NCBI RefSeq assembly: GCF_001194135.2
Contig: NC_068992.1
Span: forward strand, 61,629,567 to 61,693,566
DNA: 64,000 nt
Source: Octopus bimaculoides
Lineage: Eukaryota
Direction of reading: 5' to 3'
This document shows positions 22,468 through 35,284 of this stretch, one piece after another. The translations under genes were made by a program, and so were the position numbers. How positions within the stretch are numbered: position 1 is the first letter of the stretch; each line of letters begins with the position of its first letter. The notes below the pieces were generated by a model. It saw only the letters and a program-made list of their open reading frames with translations, was not told where the DNA came from and searched no databases.

Positions 22468-22630
22468 ATGTGGCTGTATGGTAAGGAGTTTACTCTCCAC
22501 TCACATGGTTCAGTCCCACTGCATAGCACTTTCGGCAACTATCTTCTAGTATAGCCCTGGGTCAATGAATGCTATGCGAGAGGATTTGGGATTTGGTAGT
22601 CAGAAACTGAAAGAAACCTGTCTTACGGCA
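22468..22630 (+). mobile_element. tRNA-head SINE family B
   Basis: gtggctgtatggtaaggag...ggttcagtcccactg...ggatttgg...gaaactgaaagaaacc. Other copies at about 9650-9790, 25630-25760(-), 25797-25960, 31130-31285(-), 33530-33670(-), 46905-47030(-), 55945-56030(-). Confidence 0.75.
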
Positions 22631-22724
22631 AAAAAGAAAATGAAGGGGATACAAAAATGACATACAACAGCCGGTAGAAAAATAACATTAAACAGAATGT
22701 TAAAACTGCAATTAATCTGATTAA

Positions 22725-22756
<32 letters not shown>

Positions 22757-23346
22757 TGTGTCAGTAATCTGCTGTAGAGCATCATCTGCCTTCAATTAGA
22801 TTAGCCACTACATCAACACTTGGCCAGATACTCCAAGATGACTAACACATGCTAAAGTCACCTGTGGATGTTATCTTCCTTTCTCCCAAGAAGACTAAAT
22901 TGAATACAGAGCCTGCTTTCTTCTAAGTACAGCGCCAGAAATAACATAGAACAGATGTGTTTCAGTAGTGGAAATTAAAATATAATCACACCTTGATTAT
23001 TGTACACATTCATTTGTACTCATGCTTATTAATATTACCCTGAATAAGTGCCATAGACAAGAGGTAAAGCTTCTAGTGAGAAGCAACTGTGACCTAGTTT
23101 TGATTTTTGGTTGGAGCCTTGCTTGGCAAGAATGTCATACAATCTCAGTCCCTTTCTTTCACCAATATGGAGCCTAGTTCATAACAACTTAATACTGTTA
23201 CCATAAATCAATACAGTGGGGTGATGGTAGTGACTACCCACCCTCCCTCTCCACTCCACTACATTTCAGACCTTCATGCCCTATGCTAAAAATAATAAGG
23301 ATGGTTGGACTGACAGAATCATTAGAGTGCAAAAAATAAAAAGTGA

Positions 23347-23410
<64 letters not shown>

Positions 23411-23664
23411 AAATAGGCGAGTGGGGTGAAAGGAAATGCATCTGGTCATGGAAAAATCTGCTTCAATAAATTCCGTCTAACTCGTGCAAGCATGGAAAAA
23501 TAGACGTTGAAACGACGACGATGATAATGCTGATGACGATGATTGTGTCCAGAATCCATTTGATGTGGGCCATTTTGATTTCTGAGAAAATTTTGATTCC
23601 ATTCTATAATAGATCTAAATGATTTTCACTAGTTGAGTAGTTATATACCGTCGCAGAAACTAAT

Positions 23665-24125
23665 AATGATAATAATAATAATCCTTTCTGCTGTAGGCAC
23701 AATGCCTGAAATTTTAGGGGTGGATGTAAGTCGATTATATCGACCCCGGTACACAATTGGTACTTTATTACATCGACCTCGAAAGGAAAAGTCGACCTCA
23801 GTGGAATTTGAACTCAGAATGTAAAGATGGACAAAATGCTGATAAGCATTTTGTCAGCGTGCTAATGATTTTGCCAGTTTGCAACCTTAATGAATACATC
23901 AAATAATTATTTCTACTCTAGGTAAAGGCCTTGAAAATTTTGGGGAGAAGGGGGCTAGTCGATTACATCGACCCTAGTGCATAACCGGTACTTATTTCAT
24001 CGACCCCGAAAGGTTGTGAAACAAAGTCAACGTCGGTATATTTTGAACTCAGAACGTAGCAGCAGACGAAATACTGCTAAACATTTCGCCCGACGTGCTA
24101 ACGAATCTGCCAGCTCGCCGTCTTA
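23665..24125 (-). mobile_element. Head-to-tail pair of SINE family A with retained CpGs
   Basis: Reverse-complement copies at about 23665-23885 and 23905-24125. Confidence 0.8.
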
Positions 24126-24147
24126 CAACAACATATAATAATAATAG

Positions 24148-24570
24148 GGTAATCTTCCAGTATAGGGAGGTAAAAAAAGTAAATAAAAATACAAGGGAAA
24201 TAACTTAGGTCTTACTAATATCATCCGTACTATTCTGAAATGTGTTTTGTTGTTTTTTTTTAGCTGTTTATAAATAAATCACACGTGATTGAAGTTAACT
24301 GTTTATATATAAATCACACACGTGATTGAATATCATAGTTTTTTTTATCAGAGATTGAAAATACCTCGTGGAAGACCGGCTGCACAACAACTTATTGTTC
24401 CTCAAAACGAATTCCTCACTCGTCAATTAAAAACGAAAGAAACTATGAGATTCAATCACTTGTAAACAATTAACTTCAATCAGAGTAGTACGGATGATAC
24501 TAATATAACGTAAGTTATTTCCCTTGTATATTTATTTACTTTTTTTATCTCCCTATACTGGAAGATTACC
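24148..24570. mobile_element. MITE with about 90-bp terminal inverted repeats, TA-flanked (Tc1/mariner-type?)
   Basis: ggtaatcttccagtataggga...catccgtactattctga (24148-24238) is the near-reverse complement of 24480-24570. Confidence 0.75.
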
Positions 24571-24734
24571 TAATAATAGTAATAAACAGTACAGAAATGT
24601 TCATAATTAACAATTAAATCGACATTTTTCAAATTACTTATCGCCGTGTGGTGGTACAATATGTAAAGGGAGATAACTCCATATTCTAACTAAATTTTCA
24701 TTTCAATAAATGTTTATGTTTCTCTTACATTAAA

Positions 24735-24900
24735 ACAGCGAGCCGGCAGAATCGTTAGCACATCGATCAAATTCACGTTCTGAGTTCAAATTCCGCTGAA
24801 GTCGACTTTGCCTTTCAACCTTACGGGGTCGATAAAATAAGTACCAGTCGATATTAACGCTTCCACGAAATTGCTAGTCTTGTGTCAAAATCTGAAACCA
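24735..24900 (+). mobile_element. SINE family A copy
   Basis: gagccggcagaatcgttagc...gggtcgataaaataagtaccag. Confidence 0.75.
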
Positions 24901-25136
24901 ATATTTCTTAATATGTTCCTGACCTTCTGTTACCATTGCCTCTTAACATATACTTCCCATAGATCAAACAGAATTTATTGAGACAAATTTTCTACAGAAG
25001 AATGCTATTCTTGTTGCTAAGCCTCACTTGTTTCCAAAAAAAGTCAATATTTCTCCATGGTCAGACATGTCTTTTATGTAAGACTGCAAACGAATATCGC
25101 TTGTACGACAATGATGCTCAAGACAAGGGTACACAC

Positions 25137-25178
<42 letters not shown>

Positions 25179-25958
25179 TCTCTGACTGGCCATAACAATC
25201 AACGTTCTCTATATATATAGATATCACTCTCTGACCGGCCATAACAATAAATGTTCTATATATATATATATATATATATAGATATAGATAGATAGATAGA
25301 TAATATGTATATTGACATTAAGAAAGGTATCCAGCCATAGGAAACAAGCCAAAGAGGACATTGGAGCACAAAGCAGTCTTTGAACCTGTCATATCCATTT
25401 GGATTTTGTATTCTCACAGAACATAGAACTTAAATCATGATATATGTACATACACAGGAGCACTTTATTTACTGCTAAGTAATCTATTTCTTAGCCCTTC
25501 AAACAGGAACAGCACAATGGCCAGATATGTTTATGTAAAAAATTACAAACAAAGAACACTGGTTCCATGATGTTTATTTACAATTAGCAGATAATTGTAC
25601 ACACATAGATACAATATGCTTGTCACTTTCCATCTACCAACAAAACTTTGATAAGCCTGGGGCTATAATAGAAAACATTTACCCAAGGTACAGAGCAGTG
25701 AGACTGAAATTGTAACTACATGGCTGCAAAGCAATTTTTTTTAATCATACAACCACTTGTGTGCCTATACACTGAAATCTAAATAGTAATCAAGAGGTGC
25801 AGCCATGGTGGCATGGTTAAGAAGCTCATTTTGCAACCACATGGTTTCAAGTTCAGTTCTACTGCATGGCATCCTGGACAAATGTTTCCTACTTATAGTC
25901 TTGGGTCAACCTATGCCTTGTGAGTGCATTAGATAGACAAACTATGTAGGGAAGCCTG

Positions 25959-26016
<58 letters not shown>

Positions 26017-26339
26017 CATGTCTGTGCTTGATCCTTTTCCATCACTTGACAAATGGTGTCAGTTTGTTTATATCGCTATAACTTAGCAGCTTTGTAAACG
26101 AAATTGATTGCATAAGCAACAGACTTTTTAAAAACTATAAGTACTAAGGTTCATTTGTTCAACTAAACCATTCAAGGAAGTGTTCCAGCATGGCCAGGGC
26201 CCAATGACTGAAACTAGTATAAGGTATAAAACTGAGAGCCTGCAGTCTGTACATCAGACATGGAGTTTAATACATTGTGGTGGAGCTGGAAGGTAAGCGA
26301 GATCGAGATATTTTCAAAATTCATTGGTTATAATAAAGT

Positions 26340-26705
26340 TTCAACAACAATGGAGACTTTAACTAGCGTTAACTATTATATAATCACTGGATTTGTCAGT
26401 TTGAGATGTTTTCTTATGGATCTACCTTAAGAGTCAGGTCTACATGGCTTGGCCAAGGATACTGGATGAACTGAAACAGAAAATTCAAGGCAAAATTCCC
26501 TAGCAATGGGAACCTGAACAGCAGATTGACAGAATGCATATGTAGAAGAGGACACCATCTACAGCGCATAATTTTCAGACATTAATACCTTGGAGTATTG
26601 ATTATTAAAAGGCAAGTTGTTTACTTTCTGTCAATGAAATTTTGCTGGATTCGGATTTTTGTTGGGTTTTACGGAAGTTCCCATTTTTTTCCAGGTTACC
26701 CTGTA
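26340..26705 (+). mobile_element. Tc1/mariner transposase C-terminal relic with right TIR
   Basis: SLDLSV*DVFLWIYLKSQVY...LDELKQKI...NLNSRLTECICRRGHHLQRIIFRH* (26384-26585) matches SPDL..CDFFLWGYLK.KVY and the terminal GGHL motif. Ends ...ttaccctg|TA at 26703-26705. Confidence 0.75.
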
Positions 26706-26734
26706 TATTGTAGAGATTCACAGATGTAATATTT

Positions 26735-26910
26735 TCTTTCTACTATAGGTACAAAGCCTGAAATCATGGGGGAGGGGCTAATTGATTATATTGGCCCCAA
26801 AATGATGAAAGACAAAGTCAATCTTGGTGGAGTTTGAACACAGAAGAAAGTCGATAGAAATGCCGCTAAGTATTTTGTTTTGTGCGCTAACGATTCTGAC
26901 AGATGGCTGC
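26735..26910 (-). mobile_element. SINE family A copy
   Basis: Reverse complement of family A; another copy at about 27590-27775(-). Confidence 0.65.
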
Positions 26911-27796
26911 TTTATTTGCAGATATGAATAAAGCAACAAGATGGCAGAATAAGCTAAGATTATCCTTGCGTTTTCAAGAGATTGGTTACTCCACGAGAAG
27001 TAATCCAATCAAGGGAGATAACTTCCACAATATAAATAAAGTTAACCTTGACAGGTCATACTCCTGGTACATCAGAAGCTTTGGATTTGATGCTTTGCTG
27101 AATTACTGATACAGTAGGAATGGGGAAATCCCAGTGTTAAAACTAGGCCAAACTAAAAATAAAACAGCCAATCAAAATAAAGATTTGTCTCCACTGTAGT
27201 ATTTGTTTCTTTACAAATGTCTGCTCAGAGATAAAATGTTCTTTAGAAATATTTTACTGATTTTGCTTAGATCATAAAGTGAAGCTCATTACAACCAGAC
27301 ATGTCAGGAGAGAGGATGTTCGCATCAGCAGAAATACAGCAACAATTAGATGATAGTAATTCAATCAAATGTATCCTGGAAATGATTTAGAATCAGTTGA
27401 TGAATATGGAAGTTGGATCTTGTTAAATTTCTTCTAACTATTTGAAGTTTTTCAAATTTTCACCAGGTTATTTTTCAAAAAAATGTAGTTCTAATGTAGC
27501 TTTACATGCTGATGATGAAAATTGCAATCATTATTCCAGAAATTAATTAATAAAAATGTTATAAGTACTGTCTGGTCTGTAACAGTGGTTTCAAATTTTG
27601 GCACAAGGTCATTTAGTCTGGGGCAAGAGGTAAGTCGATTACATCAATCCTAGTGCTCACCTGGTAACTGATGAATGGCAATGTTGACTTCAACAGAATT
27701 TGAACTCAGAACGTAAAGACTGGCAAAAAGCTGCTAAGCATTTTCCCTGGGCTACTAATGATTCTGTTAGTTTGCCACCTTTGACTTGCCTGTAAT

Positions 27797-27962
27797 CAGG
27801 GCCAGCTCAAGGTACCAGCAACTCGGGCAGTTGTCTGGGGTGCCATGTGCTGGGGGGCACCAAGGCGGGTGTGACAAAGACAAGAAAATTTCCACGACCG
27901 TCAGCTTGTACACGCTGAAGTTCAGCTTGCCTGGGATGCCAGCAACCCCTGGGCCAGCCCTG
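27797..27962. mobile_element. hAT-type MITE (166 bp)
   Basis: TIRs cagggccagc / gccagccctg; 8-bp TSD cctgtaat (27789-27796) and cctgtagt (27963-27970). Confidence 0.8.
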
Positions 27963-30399
27963 CCTGTAGTATTAGCCATTCCAAAAGTGTCCATTACCGC
28001 CATATTGGAAGTCACAAACAAGGATAAGACAATGAAATCAGCAAACACAAGGTTAAGACAATGAAGATGAAATCCTTATGTGATCCCATGATGTACAAGA
28101 AACAGGAGATAAATATTCCTTAAATTACACCATCTAATATAATAAATACAAATGTCAGTGTATCAGTGTGTCACACTTTTTCAACTTTATTCCTAGAGGC
28201 CGTAGCCCAACATATACCATTTTGGAATCAGGCCAACTTTGAGTAAATTAAAAACATTCTGGGCTGAATCCTGGCCCACAATCTCGAAATTTTGGATTCC
28301 CAACTTTTCATTACTGCGATTGTTTTTGAAGATTTTTTTGCGACAAAATTTTTGTGCAATAACAATTTTTATAACTTGGAAAGAAATTTTGGGAATAATT
28401 GAAATTAATTGCGAAATCCAGCGATTATTTTTCAGCAATTTTTCATGTAACTTTTTGCGACAAATATAATCATCATTGGAATATGACTCTGGAGGAAGCA
28501 ATTGCAACAAATTCTCCAAGACAAGTAAGAGATTTATTTGCAGATCTTTCTATTCAGGGTCAGTAGCGTAAAAACTGCCCTATCAGGCAGCTTTTAAGCT
28601 AGTAATGTCTAAAAACGAAAAAGGATGACACATTATGTAACATAGTTGGGAGTTAGACTGTTTCTGAAAATAAGACAGAATGCCACTGATCACAGATCTC
28701 CTTCGTCAAGAGTTGGTCTTTCATTAAATATTAGAGCCTAATTGCATTGTAATACAGTGCTAAATACACCGCAGCACTAAATATGTTTTTAATGTGGATA
28801 TGACTTTAAACTGCATCCAGTAGTGGAGCTCTTGGTTGGGGCACTCCAAGATTTTGAGGAATGTGAAACCACCTGTTAGCCACTATTACTCCCAGGTCTC
28901 GTCTGACCCAGAAAAGTAGCACCTCTCAGGGTCTCTGCAATGGGTTAGACAGCATGTAACCACCAGAGCCAGGGCATTTTGAAATTATGGTGGATAAGAA
29001 CTATTTTGGCAAGTGAATTTTATTGAATGAATGGTAAATATCATTAGATGGAGAGTAGATGAACAGACAAACTTTCAGTGGTCAAGATCACCTGTTCCGT
29101 AATCAAACTATTGTTATCAACTGTTACAGTTGTTTAACAAGATCCTAGAAGTTTTAAAGTTGAAGACAAAATGGGAAGTGGAGTTTATATCTCACAAACT
29201 GAGAGTGACAATGATGTACTGTAAAAGAAAGAAAATAAGACTGGCAGCACACCAACATGTAATAACTGGAATTAGATTAAAGACTTGTTGGTTTCATGTA
29301 AAAACCTGAGATTTTGTAATGTTTCTGGTCAAGCAGTTTTCAATAAATCTCTGGCTGTAGAATGTTAAAGAGTTTGCATTGTGGAGATCAGGTCTAGATG
29401 GATTGTATGCCTTGGTCTGTATTGACAGAGTTCAGACAACACAGGTATACCTCAATTTATGCAGTTTCAAGTTGTCTTTTTTGACTGTCAATCTCAGCAA
29501 ATATATTAAAAGCATAAAACTCTTAAAGAAACAACCAAAAACCAAAATACAAATGGAAAAACAAATAAAATACATGTGAAATTATGTACAAACCATTTAT
29601 TAAAAAAAAATATAAGATAAAATTTTTAAAATGGTTTTCCATGTTGTGTGTTTCAAGTTAAGTTGCATGTCCTGGAACTAATTACCAATACAAGTTGAGG
29701 TAGGCCAGTATAGTCAAAGAGTGAACCTTGCATTTTGAAGCAATAGATGAAAGCAATGAGCATTTTTCGATCTTGTTATATCTCTTCAGTAAAACCTGTC
29801 CAACTGGAATGGCCAAATGTTTAGGAACAATGAGAAGTAATTCGCACTGATTATATATGTATATAGGAGATAGAATTTCTCAACTAATTTCACAATAACT
29901 AGTAAACGTTTTCTTTAATCAGCTATTATCCTAGCAATTTGATGACAGAAACCTTAAGAGTGTACAAATCTGGAAAATAAAATTAAAAAAAAAAAATTGG
30001 CAAGGAAGATAACTCCAAGAATATAGTTTAGCTGTATACAGTTATCTTTCAACTTCATAATATAGTTTCCATTTCCCAAATTTCACACACATTCAAGTGT
30101 ATAGGTAGAAGACATGTATCTCCACCATGAAATTGAACCTGGAAGCATGTAGTTGTGAAGCAAATTTTATCATGTAATTGTACTGTCATCAAAGGTAGTC
30201 GATTAGCAGAGATAGTGTCAGAATGCTTTGCAGAATCATTCCAGATTGCTGCTTCTGGGTTCTTCTCCAGCCAAGGTCAATTTGGCCTTTCATCCTTTTA
30301 GAATCTATGATAAAGTACCAGTCAAGCATTGGGGCAAATTCTTCTCTGTCTTTCTTACACATCTTTATACAGCTACACTCATGGCACAGGAAAGAAATT

Positions 30400-30730
30400 C
30401 AAATGCAACATACACAAGACTTCTAAGATTAACATCAAATGGCAGTCCCATGCAACAAACCAGGGTACATTATGGTAATCTCCCAAGAGTTACTTCCACC
30501 ATAAAGCAAAGAAGATAGAGAATCTGTGGACACTTTTCATAATAAGGATCAAATAGTGAGACAAATGCAGATGTAGAAATCAACACACACAGAAAGCATC
30601 TTAAGTTTTGTCCTGTCAGAACATTTCCTGGCCATCTGGTTGAAGATATTGGTTTACTGAGGAGTAACATACCAAGTGCAATGCAAGAGAAGTAATTCTG
30701 GAGACAAATGGTTGATGGTATTCATCTGCA
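30400..30730 (+). mobile_element. RTE-X/RTE-like LINE ORF C-terminal relic
   Basis: YTRLLR...HYGNLPRVTSTIKQRR* followed by decayed GH, P.RTFP.HL.EDIGL and WRQMV segments. Confidence 0.5.
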
Positions 30731-31761
30731 GTCGATGCAGTTAGTTCCTTCCTGAGTCAAAGGGCCAGTTTCCTGGTTTTCATGGTGTATAGATTTCCCA
30801 CCTGAACAGGACACCAGTCCGTTGCAGGATTATTAATTTTTGTCAGCAATTTAAAATGAAGTGTTTTACTCAAGAATGCAATGCATCGCACAGTCCAGGA
30901 ATTGAAACCATAATCTTATGATCACAAGCCCAACACTCTAACCACTAAACCACAGGCTTTCTCTAACGCAGTTAGTACACACTCCTTATCTTGATGAAAC
31001 TGGTTTCCTTCAGACGTTAAGGGTAAATTCCACCAGGTTTAAAATGCCTGATCAATGCTATGTTGTATATTATGACACCTTTATGACTTCTCCAGGTGGT
31101 GGATGACAAACACACGCATATTATACACATAGAACTTTTTTCAGTTTCTATCAACCAAATCCACTCACAAAGCTTAGGTTGGCCCCAGGATATAGTAGAA
31201 GACACATGCCCAAGGTGCTACATGGTGAGACTGAACCCAACACCACATGGTTGGGAAGTAAGCTTCTCAACCACAAAGCCATGCAAAGTCAAAGAAATTT
31301 GTTTCCCTCCACAGATTCAGTGATAACAGTTTACCAGGATTGACAGTTTGCAGCTGCTTTGTGGAAAACAACAATGAATAGTGTTAAGATATAGTTCAGG
31401 CATTAACAAACTATTGCCCATTGCATTATGTACATTATTACCAAAGTGGTAATCAAGCAGGTAAATAAAACAGAGACAAACAGAAGCTGCTGTCCCTGTC
31501 TCTTCCTCCTGTTTTATTTAAGAATCAGAACTGAATACAATGTAGGTAGAATTGATTATAGTGAGAGAGGTGTTGGTCACACTAGTGAAAACAACTGATC
31601 CTAATTGTTCAATGGCTTCCATAGTAAAACCATAATCCAGTGAGAGAAGAGAGAAAGAGAGATTTTATAAACTTATCATCAGAGAAGCTATTAAAATCTA
31701 ACTCATGTGTGTATCAATATTGTTAGCAAACCCAAATCCAACACGTTGAGACAGCATTATG

Positions 31762-32755
31762 GATCATCATCATCATCATCATCGTTTAACGTCCGCTTTC
31801 CATGCTAGCATGGGTTGGACGATTTGACTGAGGACTGGTGAAACCGGATGGCAACACCAGGCTCCAGTCTGATTTGGCAGAGTTTCTACAGCTGGATGCC
31901 CTTCCTAACGCCAACCACTCAGAGAGTGTAGTGGGTGCTTTTACGTGTCACCCGCACGAAAACGGCCACGCTCGAAATGGTGTCTTTTATGTGCCACCCG
32001 CACAAGCCAGTCCAGGGGCACTGGCAACGATCTCGCTNNNNNNNNNNNNNNNNNNNNNNNNNNNNNNNNNNNNNNNNNNNNNNNNNNNNNNNNNNNNNNN
32101 NNNNNNNNNNNNNNNNNNNNNNNNNNNNNNNNNNNNNNNNNNNNNNNNNNNNNNNNNNNNNNNNNNNNNNNNNNNNNNNNNNNNNNNNNNNNNNNNNNNN
32201 NNNNNNNNNNNNNNNNNNNNNNNNNNNNNNNNNNNNNNNNNNNNNNNNNNNNNNNNNNNNNNNNNNNNNNNNNNNNNNNNNNNNNNNNNNNNNNNNNNNN
32301 NNNNNNNNNNNNNNNNNNNNNNNNNNNNNNNNNNNNNNNNNNNNNNNNNNNNNNNNNNNNNNNNNNNNNNNNNNNNNNNNNNNNNNNNNNNNNNNNNNNN
32401 NNNNNNNNNNNNNNNNNNTTACACTCTGACGGGTATTCACATTGACATTACACATCCAACGGAGCATACTGGCTTCATTCCTTGCGAGCTTACGTATGTC
32501 CTCAGCAGTTACAGCCCATGTTTCACTGCCATGTAGCATGGTTGTTCGTACGCATGCGTCATACAGTCTGCCTTTTACTCTGAGTGAGAGTCCCTTTGTC
32601 GCCAGCAGGGGTAAGAGCTCTCTAAACTTTGCCCAGGCTATTCTTATTCTAGCAGCTACACTTTCAGCGCACCCACCCCCACTACTAACTTGGTCGCCCA
32701 GATAGCGGAAGCTATCGACTACCTCTAGTTTTTCACCCTGGAAATATTGTATATG
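31762..32755 (-). mobile_element. 5'-truncated RTE-clade LINE, interrupted by an assembly gap
   Basis: Minus strand ...YLGDQVSSGGGCAESVAARIRIAWAKFRELLPLLATKGLSLRVKGRLYDACVRTTMLHGSETWAVTAEDIRKLARNEASMLRWMC; 3' UTR and (GAT)n tail at 31762-31785. Confidence 0.88.
32038..32418. other. Assembly gap (N run)
   Basis: N bases. Other gaps: 36874-36883, 39460-39469, 40587-41291, 55367-55376, 55820-55912. Confidence 1.
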
Positions 32756-32961
32756 CAGTTGAGGGGAAAGAAACTTTTATTGAGTGATAAAGAACAGAGA
32801 TGAGGAAAGGATTATTTCCTTAGGTAGTTGGGAGTGGGTGGGAATTTGTTCCATGAAACAGAATATAGAATTGGTAGCAACAAATAAACATTGATGATAT
32901 ACTGAGATATTGATGTTTGTAAATGTGTGCATACACAAACATACATACATGTATATATTAT

Positions 32962-33295
32962 AGGTACAGGCATAGCTGTGTGGCAAGAAGCTTGCTTCCC
33001 AACCACAAGGTTTTAGGTTCAGTCCCACTGAATGGAACCTTGGGCAAGTGGTTTCTACTATGTACATAGCCAAAGCTGAAAGCAGCCCATAAAATGTGTG
33101 TGCATGTGTTAATCCCACTTACCACTGCTTGACAGTGTTTATGCTCCTGTAACTTAGCAGTTTGGCAAAACAAAATAGACTGATAGAATAAGTACCAAGC
33201 TTAAAAATAAGAACTAGGATTAACTTGTTTGACTAAACTCAAGGTGATACTCCAGCATGACTGCAGTCCAATGATTGAAACAAATAAATGATGCA
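32962..33295 (+). mobile_element. Near full-length SINE family B
   Basis: Head ggcatagctgtgtggcaagaagcttgc through the tail tgattgaaacaaataaa; similar head at about 56535-56725. Confidence 0.75.
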
Positions 33296-34019
33296 AGATA
33301 CACACACATTTTCATTTGTTTTTTCCATACTAACATGGATTAGATGGTGAGTTAGATTTTATGGCCAAATGCTCTTCTAGTCACTAACACTCACCTGTTT
33401 TTCAGGTAAAGGACATTTTAAAATTACACGGGTCTCAAAAATCACTGATTGATTTGTCATGTCAATAGGAACATCAGTATCACTTTGATCTCAGTGACAA
33501 GCAATAATATATATATGTACACACACACACCCAGATCTTAATATAATTTCTGTCTACTATTTTCACCCATAAGGCATTGGATGGCTCAAGGTGACAGTAA
33601 ATGACATTGGCAGATGCAGTGGGGCTGAACCCAAAAGCATGTGGTGGTAAAGCAAACTTCTTAACTAAATGCCCATTCCCCTCTCTCTCTCTTAGATGTG
33701 TGTGTGTGTGTGTGTGTGTATACACACACACACACACACACTTCCTGTAATTACTACCGAAATTTCTCATATGGCTTTGGTCAATTTGGAGACTGAACTG
33801 ACTGTGATGCAAACTACTTAACCATGTGGCTATCCAATATCTTAATTTTATCTGATGATTTATGTTAATCCTTTGGCCTTATTTTGATATTTAATCTTTC
33901 CCTGGTTCATTCCAGCCATAATGCATGTACACTACATATACACGTGTATCATTTAATATACATAGTATTTAAAACATAAATGTCATGCTCATAATAGTAG
34001 TACTGCATTCAAGTGAGCT

Positions 34020-34665
34020 TGTATAGCACATTGTGTTGTAAACAGAGCAGTTAGTGTCTCTCTCAACAAGGACCCACACATAGTAATCCATGGGATTACA
34101 ATCTAGGGAATTAGAAGGCCAGAAATTGGGGCTGAAAGTCATAGAAATTCTCTGACAAACACTAACACTTTCCAGAGTTATAGCAAGGAACCACATCTTG
34201 CTATCCCACATAAGGCCTCCCAGCATCAATCCTCTCCAGCCAAGGTTTGACCTCTGTCTCCAGTAGCTTCACATCAACATCTAAATAGAGCCTAAGGCCC
34301 TGTTCAAAGATGTGGGGAAGCATGACATCACCTCACTGGAGACACAACCAAAGACCATCAGAGTTTGAGAGAACTTAATTTTCATGATGCACTGAACATC
34401 ACAGGAATTGTAGATAAGTCACCTCTTGATCTGGGTGTTGTACAACACCCAGAAGTTGTTTTCACCTGAGAAGAACCAAATCATTCCCAGCTTAAAAAGA
34501 TAGCTTTGCTTTTACAGGAGCTTCTTTACCTTCAAGTGGTGATCCTTGACCTTGGCTGTCAGAATTTGTCCCTTGTACCTCTGGCATGAAGAGTAGTGAA
34601 GGTCCTCATTCAGGGCCAGCTTCACCCATTTCTCTCATCAAAGGTTGGATCCCGTTACTTGGATA
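34020..34665 (-). mobile_element. Tc1/mariner DDD transposase relic (spacing compatible with DD37D/maT if about 5 nt were lost)
   Basis: WFFSGENNF, MVFGCVSSE, EVKPWLERIDAGRPYV, QD, FWPSNSLDCNPMDYYVW.LVERDTN; 106 nt lie between the second and third catalytic Asp codons. Confidence 0.78.
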
Positions 34666-35031
34666 TTCAATCACCTTGTCCTGCGGTTGTTGGATGAATT
34701 CTGGCCTGTGGACACAGAACACCTTCTAGACTTGACTTCACCGTCTTCCTTGCAGACGTCCATGTCATGTCTTACAGCTGTTACAGTGTTCAGAGAGCAA
34801 TGAACAGCAGTCATGATGTTGGAATACTGACACCTGGCATGAATCATCATCATGACACAGGTAATTCTTTTCTAATATTCAGATGGCTTTTAGTCCTCCA
34901 TGTCAGCTCGCTTTTTCTTAACTCCATCTTAAATCTGTATGCTCTCCAATGTCATTGACTGTTCACCATTGAGTGGCTTCTGAAAAAAGGTGATATAAAA
35001 AAGATTACCAAATTTAACCTGAACATCCAAT

Positions 35032-35034
<3 letters not shown>

Positions 35035-35108
<74 letters not shown>
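35035..35108. repeat. (GT)n microsatellite
   Basis: Direct reading; one of many (GT)/(CA)/(TA)/(GA) tracts. Confidence 0.95.
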
Positions 35109-35111
<3 letters not shown>

Positions 35112-35284
35112 ATTATGATCATCTAATGTCTATGTTCTTTACTGGCATGGGTTGGATATCATATATGTGTATGTTTGTATGGGTGATACAGTTACTAAAA
35201 ATTTCAATATGAAAGCAATTGCAGTATTGTATGTATGTGTATGTGGCAGATGCAATTGGGCAATAAACACTGAAGATGTACAGA

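Noticed and set aside
27300-27440. piggyBac transposase N-terminus-like peptide (MSGERMFASAEIQQQLDDSNS...DLESVDEY)
   Set aside because: Short, frameshifted, low-complexity acidic similarity, with no downstream transposase motifs.
27767-28064. 93-aa and 92-aa ORFs as a small membrane protein
   Set aside because: More than half of each ORF is the hAT MITE, and there is no splice support.
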